Below, one piece after another: positions 10,156-19,862 of a stretch of 64,000 nt of DNA. Positions within the stretch are counted from its first letter, which is position 1, and each line of letters starts with the position of its first letter. Origin of the DNA: a virus; the IMG/VR virus record IMGVR_UViG_3300018080_000123, positions 1-64,000 of that record; one strand, given 5' to 3'. Under the pieces are notes generated by a model. The model had not been told where the DNA came from. It did no database searches and saw nothing but the letters and a program-made list of their open reading frames with translations. The position numbers and the translations under genes are program-made.

Positions 10156-11865
10156 TTAATCTCGACAAAGATTAAACAAATACTCTGGGGTATTAATAAT
10201 AAACCTTATGACAACTCCCGCTGCTTTAATTTGTCTAATCAACGTTTGAGCGACTAGTCTGGCCTCTTGAGGGTCAACCATATATACTGGCTTGTCAATC
10301 CCACTTGAGCGAGGAATGTGAGGTGTCAAATCAGGGTCTAACAAATTAATTGTATCCCCGGCAGTATGATCGTATTGAAAAATATGTCCTGGATCAATTA
10401 ACAAGCTTGAATTAGTTGGCCTTCCGCGGTATGCAATTGGACCCTCTTCATTTGCTCTGCCAAAATTAAACACCAGATACCCGCTAGCATCAGGAATATC
10501 ACTGGAATCATCGGCCACAATAATCGGATAAATGTTCCCTGTTGTAATTGCTTGATTCAAAATTGTCTTTTCTCTTTGAACTGTATAAGGAGAATCTGCA
10601 GGGTCATATACAAATGACCCAATCCAGTTTTCGTAGAAAACAACAAATCCGTTTTTCCCGGTCGCTATAGACACTCTCGACAGATCAACAGCAGCTCCAA
10701 ATTGCAAAATAACGTTATTAATTCCAGTCGTATGAGATTGAATGGTGAATTCCTCTGTATTCTGCGAAAAGGTTTTACCTACATATACATCAGCGACAAC
10801 TTGATTATCAAAATCGCACGTGACGGTTTTTCCCACGTTATCTACAGCAGTAACGATTCCGTTGTCAGAATGAAAAAAATGGCTATTAGCTAAACCAATA
10901 GCAGGAGCTAAATCTGGAATTATTACAACGATTTCTCTGTTATTTACCTCATAAATAACCGTCGGAGATGGCAAATCAGATATTAGTTTTTCGCCAGTTT
11001 CAAATTGTAAGATTATATTAGCCGATCCGCCAGTAACACTAATAGATCCCGCCGCGCCGGGAGTATCGGTTCTCAGATTCAATTGAGGGACATTAGTTTC
11101 ACTATTCACTACGTCGGCTACAACAACTTCGCTTTGATCATTTATTAGCTCTATAAGCTCATCGACCGTTGCCGCGGAAGTATCGCTGAAATACGTGGGA
11201 TCAAAATCTAAGATAATACCTCGTTCTGCATCGCAATCTAATTCTAACACTTTAGAAGTATACACAACTCCTACACCGGAAGCCGCGCTTCCTCTATACT
11301 TAGTAGCCAAAGACAAGGTATTATTATCAATAATTCTAATTACTTTGACAAAGAAACTATTATCGTCTGTTGACAGTTTAATATACTGTCCTACGGTAAT
11401 CTCGGCTATAAAAAAAGTCCCAGCTCCAATAATAGTATTGGAGTCGTTAACAAAAGAAACCGTCCCCGTCAAAGGAATCGAAGTTCCAAAATTATAAGGC
11501 TCGGAGGTTTGAGCAGTTATGTTCGCCCTCGAAAATAAAGGACCCCAAAAAATATCAAGCAGCTTATACATTGTCACTAAGACCTGCTTAGGATCAAAAC
11601 TCATAACAGGAACTAGCTGTCTAAATTGGTCGTCAGATAAATTAGCTGCTAAAGGCTTACTAACACCAACATTTGATCCTAATGCTGTTAGATATTTATC
11701 GCTTGCCAAATTAACAAAAATCTGATTTTTTGCTTCTTCAATTTGCAAAACTAAATTTTCGTTTTCTTGAGCCCAAGCTTCAACTAGGCCTCGAACGAAA
11801 GACCCCTGGATCCTGGTCGGGTACATATTAGGAATAGTTTTAATATAGCGATCTAATTTACTCAT
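10156..11865 (-). CDS. Baseplate wedge protein (gpI/gp7-like)
   Basis: Directly after baseplate J; N-terminal ASDKYLTALGSNVGV..LSDDQFR and C-terminal IKAAGVVIRF motifs. Confidence 0.7.
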   Translation of the reverse strand: MSKLDRYIKTIPNMYPTRIQGSFVRGLVEAWAQENENLVLQIEEAKNQIFVNLASDKYLTALGSNVGVSKPLAANLSDDQFRQLVPVMSFDPKQVLVTMYKLLDIFWGPLFSRANITAQTSEPYNFGTSIPLTGTVSFVNDSNTIIGAGTFFIAEITVGQYIKLSTDDNSFFVKVIRIIDNNTLSLATKYRGSAASGVGVVYTSKVLELDCDAERGIILDFDPTYFSDTSAATVDELIELINDQSEVVVADVVNSETNVPQLNLRTDTPGAAGSISVTGGSANIILQFETGEKLISDLPSPTVIYEVNNREIVVIIPDLAPAIGLANSHFFHSDNGIVTAVDNVGKTVTCDFDNQVVADVYVGKTFSQNTEEFTIQSHTTGINNVILQFGAAVDLSRVSIATGKNGFVVFYENWIGSFVYDPADSPYTVQREKTILNQAITTGNIYPIIVADDSSDIPDASGYLVFNFGRANEEGPIAYRGRPTNSSLLIDPGHIFQYDHTAGDTINLLDPDLTPHIPRSSGIDKPVYMVDPQEARLVAQTLIRQIKAAGVVIRFIINTPEYLFNLCRD

Positions 11866-11866
11866 T

Positions 11867-14800
11867 TTATCCTACAACTATGTCTGTATCTCTAATTCTC
11901 GGAACCTCATTATCTGCAATAACAATGTTCGAACTAGGAGTAGAAATCTCGACATCCGTGACGCCCTCTACAGAAATAATTCGACACGACAACTCCTGTA
12001 CAATTACGTCTTCTCCGACTCCCAGTCCGTTAATATATTGTGAAATAGCATTCTTAATATCTTCTTGAATTGTTGTTAATGTTATTCCCTCTGCCAAAGT
12101 AACGTTGACTTCAACAGAAACTTGCTTAACTGTAGGAGGCAAAACTTCGATTTGAATTCCCGCTGCTTTAACTCCGGGAAAAGTTATCGGATCCGAACCT
12201 AGTCCATCGACTGTTCTTTGGACTCTTCGCAGGAGTCCGGTATAATATTTATATCCATCTAGCCCTCTGACTTCATTGGTTTGAAACTGAAGCTTATCGT
12301 TCGCATCTTCACCTGTCACTTGAACACTTCCGCTTTCACCGGTAATTGTCGAGCTAATTTGAACCCTACTTGTCCCAATTAATTCGACATTTGAACGAAG
12401 AGCCATTGTTGTTACAAAACTATTATTAAGATATCTAACGACATTTTCAGCAGTAATTGGAACAACAATAAACGTGTCTCCTATTGCGAGACCAAAAGGG
12501 GCCGCTACTGTTAAGCTAATCCGACCATTTCCAGTAACCGGATTATAGCTATTTACTGTCGTAATATGTCCGGCACTTGCTCCTGTTTTAATAACAACTC
12601 TGTATCCTAGAATCTCATTACTCTCGGTAAATTTTGATCCAAAAGCGTCCCCAGTTACACTAATATCGGCATCAAAAACACTTGGACTTACAACGTTTCT
12701 AATCGTTCCATCTACATTCATTGTAATTGTATAAACAGCATCTCCGTCCATAACAACAATCAACTCATCTCCCTCATCAAAAATAAAATTCTCAGTTGTA
12801 GAAATTACTGCGGCCGTGTGAGACTCTAAGCTCTGAACCCACTCTCCAATCGGAAACCCAAGTGAAGGAGCGGTAGATACAGTAATTTCAATACTCCCGG
12901 AGGAAGTAAGATTGTTTGTTCTTATAAGAACTTTTCCATTGCTTAACGCAAAAGCCGTCGCCCCGCCGATATCTTCGTTGATAACTTCAGCCACCTCAGC
13001 GGCTGTCGCTTGTGCAATATTAGCAAAATCAGCTGTATTAAATGTTGCAACTTGACCGCCGCCGCCATCAATTTCGACTGTAATTGCTTCTCCATTAGAT
13101 AGATTGTATGGCTCGGCAAATGCAGTAACTAAAAATCCTCTTGTCTGATTAGATCCAGCTGTATACTGATCTCCAACAGAGGCTGGCGTTTCAAGTTCAA
13201 TTTGTCCATTAAATCTATTTAACGTGTAATCTTTACTCGATCCAATAACGGCGTTTGTATCAAAACCAAACTCGACGTTAGCCACTCCGCCTGTTACCTG
13301 AATACTTGAAATAGCACTATTTTCTAAATTAGATCTAAGAGTAATTCTCAAATCTTCAGAGGTTACTATAGCAGTTACTCCAGCTAAATCTTCGTTTAAA
13401 ACAGCAACAACCTCTTCGGCAGTCGCGGCATTAATATTGGCAAAATCAACAGTATTAAAAGTCGCGGTTTGAATATTAGCGGCTTTACCATCAACAATTA
13501 CTGTTAGGGTATCCCCATTATTCAAATTATACAATTGAGGGTTTGCGCACTCAATAGAAGCTGTTGTTCCGTCTTTATTTAACAAACTAATTGAAAGTCC
13601 ATCAAACTTATATAGCCTCAAAGACTCATTTAATCCGGTTGGAAAATTCAATTTGTCTGATGCATTAGCTGTCCCGCCAGTAACTTGAATTGACTCGTTT
13701 TCTTGAGCTTTTGCTCTAATAGTAACTTTTGTTCCATTCTCAGAAGTTCTCGCTTCAATCAATGTAGCATTATCATTAATCGACTCGACCACTTCTTCTG
13801 CTGTAGCAATTCCAGGATTAGCAAAATTATCCGAACTGAAAGTAACTATTTCTTCTACCCCGTTAGCCTCATAGATAAGAGTTTCGTTAGCGATTCCTAA
13901 CGAATAAGACTCCGAATTAATTGTCTCAACCTGTGCTTTAATAACAGGGGGAGTGTCTAGCTGTAAAAATTCTTCTCCGCCAGTGGCAGAATTTAAAATT
14001 ATCTCTCTTCCTTGGCCAGCAAACGAAGGCTCAAATCCTGTTCCATCGTCAATATATAAAAAAGCTAAATCATTTAACGTAGTCGAATCAACAAAATTTG
14101 CAGACACAACGCGCTTGTTCTCGTCGGGATCGGTAATACCTACTATTGTTGATATAATCGACTGAGCCGTTCCGCGGCTTAAGCCTTGAATATGAGCTCT
14201 AATTCTATCTCTTAGTTGTTCGTCTGTTTCTTCATCTGCTCCATTAGTAAATGTTTCTGGATTTGTAACCTCAGCTCCTTCAAATGGCAACGAATCAAAC
14301 TCATTGATAGCCCCAATTGGAGCGTTTCCATCCGCGCCGGGAGAAAGAGCTGTCACTAAAACATTTTCAACCTCTTCTTCGCCATCAAGAATCGTTTCCT
14401 CATTATTTACCGAATATAGGACTTCCTCATTAATATCGCTTGCGGGAATCTTAACGGTTGTCCCAGCGGGAATTGCCCTATCCCCGCCCTGCGATAAAAT
14501 AACCGACTCTTCGGTTCCATGATCATTTGAAAGACCTGCGGATAGATAGATTGTCCAATAGCTAACAAAATTTTCTTTTCCATTACTTCCTAGAGCAGTA
14601 TTAACAGGAACTGTCTCAACGTTGTCGGTTCCACGACCGATAATTACTGACCAGGTTCCAGATGTTGGAAAGCTTGTTGCATCGTCGACGTATATTTTTA
14701 TTCCTCCAGTAACAGGGCCCGGCAAGTTGTCATAAATATTAGTTTCAATTTTTACAATATTGCTATCGCTAATTGTAACTAAGCCAGAAGCCGATTGAGC

Positions 14801-15049
14801 GGCAATTCTTCCTTCTAGTCCATACTCGATTGCTCTATTAACTAAATCATCTCCCGCAGTAGTGTTAAGATTGTAGTTTCTAATAATCTGAAGCATGTCG
14901 TAATTTTCTTGAAATGCTTCTTGCGCTGCAGCTTCGAGCAAAGTTCGAATAACCGAAGCCCTATTAATATCGTTAACTGGGGTTTCAGCAAGCATTTTAG
15001 CTATCATATCGGCTAATATTTGCTGTCTCGATCTAAGATTGAATGCCAT
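11867..15049 (-). CDS. Baseplate J/gp47-like wedge protein with large repeat insertion
   Basis: SVIRTLLEA, NGADEETDEQLRDRI and YINGLGVGEDVI..SVEGVTDV motifs; 1060 aa. Confidence 0.88.
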   Translation of the reverse strand: MAFNLRSRQQILADMIAKMLAETPVNDINRASVIRTLLEAAAQEAFQENYDMLQIIRNYNLNTTAGDDLVNRAIEYGLEGRIAAQSASGLVTISDSNIVKIETNIYDNLPGPVTGGIKIYVDDATSFPTSGTWSVIIGRGTDNVETVPVNTALGSNGKENFVSYWTIYLSAGLSNDHGTEESVILSQGGDRAIPAGTTVKIPASDINEEVLYSVNNEETILDGEEEVENVLVTALSPGADGNAPIGAINEFDSLPFEGAEVTNPETFTNGADEETDEQLRDRIRAHIQGLSRGTAQSIISTIVGITDPDENKRVVSANFVDSTTLNDLAFLYIDDGTGFEPSFAGQGREIILNSATGGEEFLQLDTPPVIKAQVETINSESYSLGIANETLIYEANGVEEIVTFSSDNFANPGIATAEEVVESINDNATLIEARTSENGTKVTIRAKAQENESIQVTGGTANASDKLNFPTGLNESLRLYKFDGLSISLLNKDGTTASIECANPQLYNLNNGDTLTVIVDGKAANIQTATFNTVDFANINAATAEEVVAVLNEDLAGVTAIVTSEDLRITLRSNLENSAISSIQVTGGVANVEFGFDTNAVIGSSKDYTLNRFNGQIELETPASVGDQYTAGSNQTRGFLVTAFAEPYNLSNGEAITVEIDGGGGQVATFNTADFANIAQATAAEVAEVINEDIGGATAFALSNGKVLIRTNNLTSSGSIEITVSTAPSLGFPIGEWVQSLESHTAAVISTTENFIFDEGDELIVVMDGDAVYTITMNVDGTIRNVVSPSVFDADISVTGDAFGSKFTESNEILGYRVVIKTGASAGHITTVNSYNPVTGNGRISLTVAAPFGLAIGDTFIVVPITAENVVRYLNNSFVTTMALRSNVELIGTSRVQISSTITGESGSVQVTGEDANDKLQFQTNEVRGLDGYKYYTGLLRRVQRTVDGLGSDPITFPGVKAAGIQIEVLPPTVKQVSVEVNVTLAEGITLTTIQEDIKNAISQYINGLGVGEDVIVQELSCRIISVEGVTDVEISTPSSNIVIADNEVPRIRDTDIVVG

Positions 15050-15060
15050 TATTTACATCC

Positions 15061-17103
15061 TTATAAAGGTAATGTTACCGGAACGGGCTGCTGTATCCAT
15101 TTTATTTTTAAATCTACTTCCATTTTCACCGTATTGCCCTCAATATTAACGGAAAGATTAGTGATTCGCTCAAATCTTGAATCTTTTAATATTGCCTCTC
15201 TAATTTGATCTGCTACGTTCTCAACGGTGGTCATTTTCTCGCCAACGGCTAATCCAATTCCAATATCAGTATGATACTTCAAATCCCCTCTTTCAAGAGT
15301 AAGGTTAATTATAACTGCTTGTCCGGCATTATCGGCTCCTGCAACTAGCTTAAAATCTCCCTTGTTAGAAAATTCAAGATCAAAATTCTTATCAAGTTTA
15401 ATATCAACACCAAGATTTTTTTCTGCAGCTGTCAGCGCGGCCGTAATAGGATAATCCTTAGTAACAGGAATATCAAAATCAACAGCTTGTTCAGCTTGCG
15501 GAAGAAGCAGCTTATCTCCAGGTTGCTTAATCCTCGGATCGGTGGGTGCGTCTTGGATATAAGGCGGTTTCAAATTATTAAGCACCGCGATATCTATCCA
15601 CTTTTCAGGATCATTAAAATATTGAGAAGCAATATCTTCTAGGGTTGTATCAAAAGGAATTGTTATTTCTTCAACGGACCCGGGGATAACAACAGGAATT
15701 CTCTTATTAAATACAGTATTAATTTGATTAATGTTTTCTTCAAGCGTATTTCTAAACGGCAAATTAGTAGATACCATGTAATCAAGAGCTTTATCAATAG
15801 TATCAAAAGCGCCTAAAACGTCAGATTCGCTATCAGAAGGCCTTCTTCCTTCTCCCGGAGTAAATGTTTGGAGTCGATTAGTAAATGCATTATAATCTTC
15901 ATTCCCTAAGCCAAACGCTTCGCTTGCATTGTCATAAATTCTTTGATTTTCTTCCTTTAAGGTCTCGTAAAACTCTCTTGAAGAATTTTTAACGCTACTA
16001 ACTTCTTCATTAAACTCGCGCTTTTCGTCGTCATTTAAAAAATCTAAGGTAACTTGTTCCGCTGCTTCAGGAGGAAGAAAATCATTGGTATATTTCTTTG
16101 TTGCTTCTCTTTTAATATTTTTAGGAATAGCTACTTCTCTAAACGCCGGATTTCCTTCTCTTTTTAAACTTGCAATCAGGTTATAATAAGCAGCCTTAGA
16201 CCCCGCCGTAAGCTTATTTGCAAGCGAACTTGGCATATCATAGATACTATAAATTGCTCCGATCAAAGCTTTCGTAGCTAAGGTTGCTTTTCTTAATGGC
16301 TCTAAAAATGTCTGAGCGATGTTTCCCTCAATGTTTCTTAAAATAGCCTGATTCTTTAACATCACTCCCCTGGCAATTGTAAGCTTCTCATTTACCTCAC
16401 TAATTACATTGTCAAAGTCTTGAAACATTCCAGGCAGCGGATCGGCTATTGTTTGCTCTGCTTCGACTGCTCCAAGAACGCGCATTTGAATTGTATAGTC
16501 ATATAAAAAACCTCTAGAAGCGGATCTTTTCAAAGAAAATGATTCCGGCTCAACAATAAAAACTTCGTTGTCTTTTCTATTAATGAATAAGAGCCTCAAC
16601 TCTAATTTGTTTTTCTTTTCCTCAGCATATGCTCTAAAATAATTTCTTAGCTCTTGAAAATGCTCATATCCTGTTCTCAAATCAGATCGACCGGCAATAA
16701 CCTTACCGCTACTCTGAGCTCCTCCAACTCCTTTAAAGGGATGAAGGCCAGTCGTTCCAGAAATTATTAAGGTTTTAAAAATAATTCCATTATGTTCGAC
16801 AACTATTCCGCCCTGTGTCGGGGTAATTAAAATAGAAAATTGTTCATCTTGTTGCAAATCTGACGGATTAATATGTAACTTAAACTCAGAATATCCCTCG
16901 GCCGCTGACTCAGGCTTTAAAGGCCTATTGTTGTTAATGACCTTGAAGCTATATGGAAGACTAAGTTTCCAGTTTTTACCCTTAATAGTGTTCGTTATAA
17001 GAGAGAGATCTGGATATAGAGCTCCCCTTTTACCCGCAGCTTCTCCTGTGAAGAAGTCCACTGTATTCTGAACCTGTTTGATAATTTCGCCAATTCCAGC
17101 CAT
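15061..17103 (-). CDS. Fused tail-tube initiator / LysM / gp25-like sheath-initiator protein
   Basis: N-terminal INPSDLQ..TQGG..IISGTTG; TLEDIASQYFNDPEKWIDIAVLNNL (LysM-like); C-terminal GDFKLVAGADNAGQA..ILKDSRF (gp25/GPW-like). Confidence 0.7.
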   Translation of the reverse strand: MAGIGEIIKQVQNTVDFFTGEAAGKRGALYPDLSLITNTIKGKNWKLSLPYSFKVINNNRPLKPESAAEGYSEFKLHINPSDLQQDEQFSILITPTQGGIVVEHNGIIFKTLIISGTTGLHPFKGVGGAQSSGKVIAGRSDLRTGYEHFQELRNYFRAYAEEKKNKLELRLLFINRKDNEVFIVEPESFSLKRSASRGFLYDYTIQMRVLGAVEAEQTIADPLPGMFQDFDNVISEVNEKLTIARGVMLKNQAILRNIEGNIAQTFLEPLRKATLATKALIGAIYSIYDMPSSLANKLTAGSKAAYYNLIASLKREGNPAFREVAIPKNIKREATKKYTNDFLPPEAAEQVTLDFLNDDEKREFNEEVSSVKNSSREFYETLKEENQRIYDNASEAFGLGNEDYNAFTNRLQTFTPGEGRRPSDSESDVLGAFDTIDKALDYMVSTNLPFRNTLEENINQINTVFNKRIPVVIPGSVEEITIPFDTTLEDIASQYFNDPEKWIDIAVLNNLKPPYIQDAPTDPRIKQPGDKLLLPQAEQAVDFDIPVTKDYPITAALTAAEKNLGVDIKLDKNFDLEFSNKGDFKLVAGADNAGQAVIINLTLERGDLKYHTDIGIGLAVGEKMTTVENVADQIREAILKDSRFERITNLSVNIEGNTVKMEVDLKIKWIQQPVPVTLPL

Positions 17104-17107
17104 TATA

Positions 17108-17299
17108 TTACCCTGTTATTCCTCCAGTTTGAGGCCCGCTATGTTCGACTGTCACTTCTGCGTTAGCGATTAAATGATCAATAATTGCCTTTGAAATTGC
17201 CTGCCAAATCGCCAGAACCTGCGGAGTCTCGGCTCCGCCCGTAACGCTCTTTATTGCGTCAACAATTTCTTGCCCTAGCTGATCTTTATTCATTGCCAT
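17108..17299 (-). CDS. Small baseplate protein, possible spike tip
   Basis: 63 aa directly after the spike gene. Confidence 0.45.
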   Translation of the reverse strand: MAMNKDQLGQEIVDAIKSVTGGAETPQVLAIWQAISKAIIDHLIANAEVTVEHSGPQTGGITG

Positions 17300-17302
17300 G
17301 TT

Positions 17303-18415
17303 TTATCCCCCAGCCTTTATTTTATTGTAGCCCGCTACATGAGGGGCCATCAAAAATGGATCATAGCTTCCTGTAGTAACGATGTCTTTCCCGTTCCCTT
17401 GAATTTCAACATTACTACTTGCATCAATCGTAACCTTCCCACCGCTATTAAGATCGACATCTCCCGAAACATTAATTTGCCATTTTTGACCTATTGTCTC
17501 AGTTACATCTTTTTGATAATTGTTAGTAACAGTATCTTTTACAGTCTCTGTATGTGTTCCTTCGACGGTTGTTTGCTTATTTCCGCCAACGGTCGTTGTT
17601 TCGTCTGTTCCAACCGTATTAATCTGCTTTTCGCCAGATATGTTTTTGACATCTTTATTTGCGTTAACTTCAATGGTCTTATTAGGAATATCAAGCTGAA
17701 TAAAAGCTTCTGGATTCTCAATTCGGATTGTCTCGCTAACTCTATCAATTAAGATTTTTTGATTCTTATTATCAGTAACAAATACCTTTCCATCTTTGTC
17801 AATCTTAATCTCTGTAGGAGCCGTGCCAGATCGTACTGGAGTATGAGGGGTTTTTGGGTTTCTCTTGCCGCCAAAATAAGTAATGATCAACTCACCATCA
17901 TCATTAATTTTCCACCGGAGACCATTAAATTCCCCCACCAAAGTTTCACCATCGCTAACTGCTGGTTTTTCAACAAGATTTCCCGGATGAGGATAGGCTC
18001 CCAGAATTACAGCCGAATTGTAGTGACCGCTAATAAACCCAACAATTACATACGAGTTATCAAAGTTTTGAGCGGCTTCTGTAGCGCTCATTTTCCCGCC
18101 CGTTAGGTTGGTCGTTCTTTTATTGTAAACCCATTCACAAAAATTATTGATTCCGCCAAATGAATTTAGCGACACTACATTACTTAATCTTTCTCCTTCT
18201 CTGCTTCCGCCCTCAATAAGGACATTATACTCGGTTCCAAATCCATAAACATTTCTAGAATCCGTTTTTGGAATAACGTCCGTGACGACTGCTTTATAGA
18301 TTTCAAAATTATTAAAAACTCTCGAATTGCCAGACCTACGCGCTGCTGGAGTATTAGAGCTGATAATTGTTCCATCTACCATTCTTCTCGTCATCGTCTC
18401 TCCGCAATTACGCAA
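17303..18415 (-). CDS. Baseplate central spike (gpV/gp5-like)
   Basis: OB-like N-terminal part and gp5-type beta-helix repeats (TTTVGGNKQTTVEGTHTETVK); true start may be slightly downstream. Confidence 0.78.
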   Translation of the reverse strand: MRNCGETMTRRMVDGTIISSNTPAARRSGNSRVFNNFEIYKAVVTDVIPKTDSRNVYGFGTEYNVLIEGGSREGERLSNVVSLNSFGGINNFCEWVYNKRTTNLTGGKMSATEAAQNFDNSYVIVGFISGHYNSAVILGAYPHPGNLVEKPAVSDGETLVGEFNGLRWKINDDGELIITYFGGKRNPKTPHTPVRSGTAPTEIKIDKDGKVFVTDNKNQKILIDRVSETIRIENPEAFIQLDIPNKTIEVNANKDVKNISGEKQINTVGTDETTTVGGNKQTTVEGTHTETVKDTVTNNYQKDVTETIGQKWQINVSGDVDLNSGGKVTIDASSNVEIQGNGKDIVTTGSYDPFLMAPHVAGYNKIKAGG

Positions 18416-19862
18416 AAGTCGGACCGCTTGGAAAATCCCCTAGCAGCTCAAGTTCGTCAACAAATTGACCGTTTGATTTAATTCCATGCGTTACTTCTAG
18501 CGAAGTGAATATTGGCTGTAAATAGCTCCACTGAATGGAAATACTTTCCACCATATACAATCGCTCTCTATCTTTTAGCTCAACCATCTCGCCTATCTGA
18601 AAATTGGACATGTTCGCAACGACTATTGTCCCGTTCTCATATCTGTAATAATCGTGCCAATAATTGGCCATTCTCTCTGACCATTTGATAATATTATTCC
18701 ACTCTACAAAAGAAGATGTGCTTTCTTTAGTGACGGCAAATTCGGTATTTCTATCAATCATATTCAGACCATATCTTCTTATGGAATCAATATTTGTTAG
18801 AGGTAATCCCTTTTTACCAGCAGCATTTAAAAAATTAATACCAGTTAAATTGCTTGTTGACGATCTAACTAAGGTATAGTTATATCTTTCGTGATCGCTA
18901 AAACCAAGATCGTCTGATATAATGTTAAGCTCAGGAATAGAAACTCTTTGATCTTTCGGAGTCAGCTTTTTCAACTCATCGTTGGTCATAGGAATTCGTC
19001 TAAAAATCAATGTTGGAGCCATTCCTAAATTTTCTTTTCTCAAATCAATGAATATCTCATTCTGAATGGGATTAGAAGCCTGAGTTAACACACTCCAAAC
19101 ATTCCCGCTAGTAATTCTACTTACATCTCTAAAAATACTATATCCTTCAATATCTTTTCCAATCTTCTGACGCAATATGTCAAAAAACGCCGTTGTAGAT
19201 CCTTTCTTTCTCGTTTCCCCTTTTAAAGCATTAAACACTCGCGGCGGAAGAAGTAATTGAAACAATGACTGAGTATTTGTTTCTGAGTCAACGGTGGCGT
19301 CTTTATATTTACCGCCAAAGAAAACGTTAAAATATTCCTTGACAAAATCTACCGGAGATCCTTCTAGTTTGAATCCGCTAGCTGTTAGTGCTAATTCTTG
19401 TATTCTTCTATCATGAAATGGAGCGAAATACATCTGCGTCTTTTCTAATATCTTTCCAATTCCTCTTCCAGCGATTATCAAAACACGAGTAACGGCTCCA
19501 TTTTCCATGACCTGTTTACTCACAGAAACTCTATCTATGCTTCCAACCAGCTTAAGCCCTCTGTTTGTAGAATAATCAATATTTTCAGCTTTATCTAAAT
19601 AGATCATAATCCAGTCGCCAGGTCTAACTTTAGCCACACTATCATTCGGTTTCATTTCTATAGTAAAAGTAGCGGCTGGATCGTTCTTAGTTCGAGTAAT
19701 ACTACACGAAGTTATTCCTTTTTCAACATCTATTTCTACCGTATCTAACAGCTCACTGTCGTTCATTTCTCTTTCATTAAACTTATTTTCCAGAATCTGA
19801 TTCGCGAAAGAAAAAATTCTTACAGCGCATTCCGTTCTTGTATTTTCTAAAATATTTGGCAT
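18408..19862 (-). CDS. Baseplate hub protein (gp27-like)
   Basis: Between tape measure and spike; DSIRRYG motif. Confidence 0.65.
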   Translation of the reverse strand: MPNILENTRTECAVRIFSFANQILENKFNEREMNDSELLDTVEIDVEKGITSCSITRTKNDPAATFTIEMKPNDSVAKVRPGDWIMIYLDKAENIDYSTNRGLKLVGSIDRVSVSKQVMENGAVTRVLIIAGRGIGKILEKTQMYFAPFHDRRIQELALTASGFKLEGSPVDFVKEYFNVFFGGKYKDATVDSETNTQSLFQLLLPPRVFNALKGETRKKGSTTAFFDILRQKIGKDIEGYSIFRDVSRITSGNVWSVLTQASNPIQNEIFIDLRKENLGMAPTLIFRRIPMTNDELKKLTPKDQRVSIPELNIISDDLGFSDHERYNYTLVRSSTSNLTGINFLNAAGKKGLPLTNIDSIRRYGLNMIDRNTEFAVTKESTSSFVEWNNIIKWSERMANYWHDYYRYENGTIVVANMSNFQIGEMVELKDRERLYMVESISIQWSYLQPIFTSLEVTHGIKSNGQFVDELELLGDFPSGPTFA

